A stretch of DNA of 64,000 nt from positions 181,780 through 245,779 of the forward strand of contig JAXLZT010000001.1 of assembly GCA_046350795.1 (NCBI GenBank), in the 5' to 3' direction. The position numbers and the translations under genes are program-made. Shown in pieces: positions 63,513 to 64,000 of this stretch. Positions within the stretch are counted from its first letter, which is position 1. Each line of letters opens with the position of its first letter. The stretch is from Minisyncoccota bacterium (GTDB lineage Bacteria > Patescibacteriota > Minisyncoccia > Phycocordibacterales > CALRHW01). The notes below the pieces were generated by a model. It was not told where the DNA came from, did no database searches, and saw only the letters and a list, made by a program, of their open reading frames with translations.

Positions 63513-64000
63513 ATGAAAAAAGGAAAATTTATAGTAATCGACGGAATAGATGGTTCAGGAAAAGCTACCCAGACTAGACTTTTGGTAGAAAGACTAAAAA
63601 AAGAGGGAGTGAAAGTAAAAACTATAGATTTTCCTAGATACGAGACCAACTTTTTTGGGGGACTAATAGGCAAATACCTCTCTGGTATTTATGGAGACTT
63701 TACACAAGTAGATCCGCGCGTGGCATCTGTGCTCTACGCAGGTGACCGTTTTGAATCAAGCAAAGAAATCCGCAAATGGATAGATAGTGGATATACTGTG
63801 GTAGCCGACAGATACGTGAGTGCAAATCAGATTCATCAAGGAGGGAAAATAGACAATCCAAAAGACAGAAAAGAATTTTTGGCTTGGCTCGACAAAATGG
63901 AATATGAAGTTTTCAGAATTCCTCGACCAGATCTGGTGATATATCTAGACGTACCATTTGAGGTCAGCAAAGAGTGGCTCAAAAACAAAATAGCCAAAAG
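63513..64000 (+). CDS. tmk: Thymidylate kinase (runs off window end)
   Basis: MKKGKFIVIDGIDGSGKATQ, DFPRY, DRY. Confidence 0.9.
   Translation, partial: MKKGKFIVIDGIDGSGKATQTRLLVERLKKEGVKVKTIDFPRYETNFFGGLIGKYLSGIYGDFTQVDPRVASVLYAGDRFESSKEIRKWIDSGYTVVADRYVSANQIHQGGKIDNPKDRKEFLAWLDKMEYEVFRIPRPDLVIYLDVPFEVSKEWLKNKIAK

Overview
AT-rich bacterial chromosome segment, most likely Patescibacteria/CPR (Parcubacteria-like). This is inferred from the short genes, type IV pilus genes, a stand-alone SWIB protein and rplK without a following rplA. The housekeeping backbone includes a PBP, tyrS, ruvABC, polA, murE, mutM, pilB/M/N/O, rplS, secE-nusG-rplK, a thymidylate/folate cluster and 7 tRNAs. Two tRNA-anchored islands are present. 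(i) A ~12.3 kb element at tRNA-His (35957-48250) carries a large serine recombinase, a Rep-like gene, a CsoR/CopA copper cluster and a HEPN-nucleotidyltransferase-like fusion. (ii) A ~4.8 kb recombinase-less island at tRNA-Ser (25327-30089) carries a LexA-like repressor and a putative type II R-M pair. The main discovery candidate is that the recombinase's attachment core lies inside its own 3' end, so excision would swap in a 30-aa C-terminal tail encoded at the far end of the element. A second orphan tail with the same motif marks the tRNA-Ser island. Other highlights: a promoter-driven, highly structured ~270-nt candidate ncRNA (4713-4985); a leader-peptide attenuator before folB-pabA-pabB-folK; pervasive leaderless gene starts; and a contrasting set of GC-rich, Shine-Dalgarno-led single-gene cassettes. 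All family calls come from motif recognition by eye; no database searches were run.
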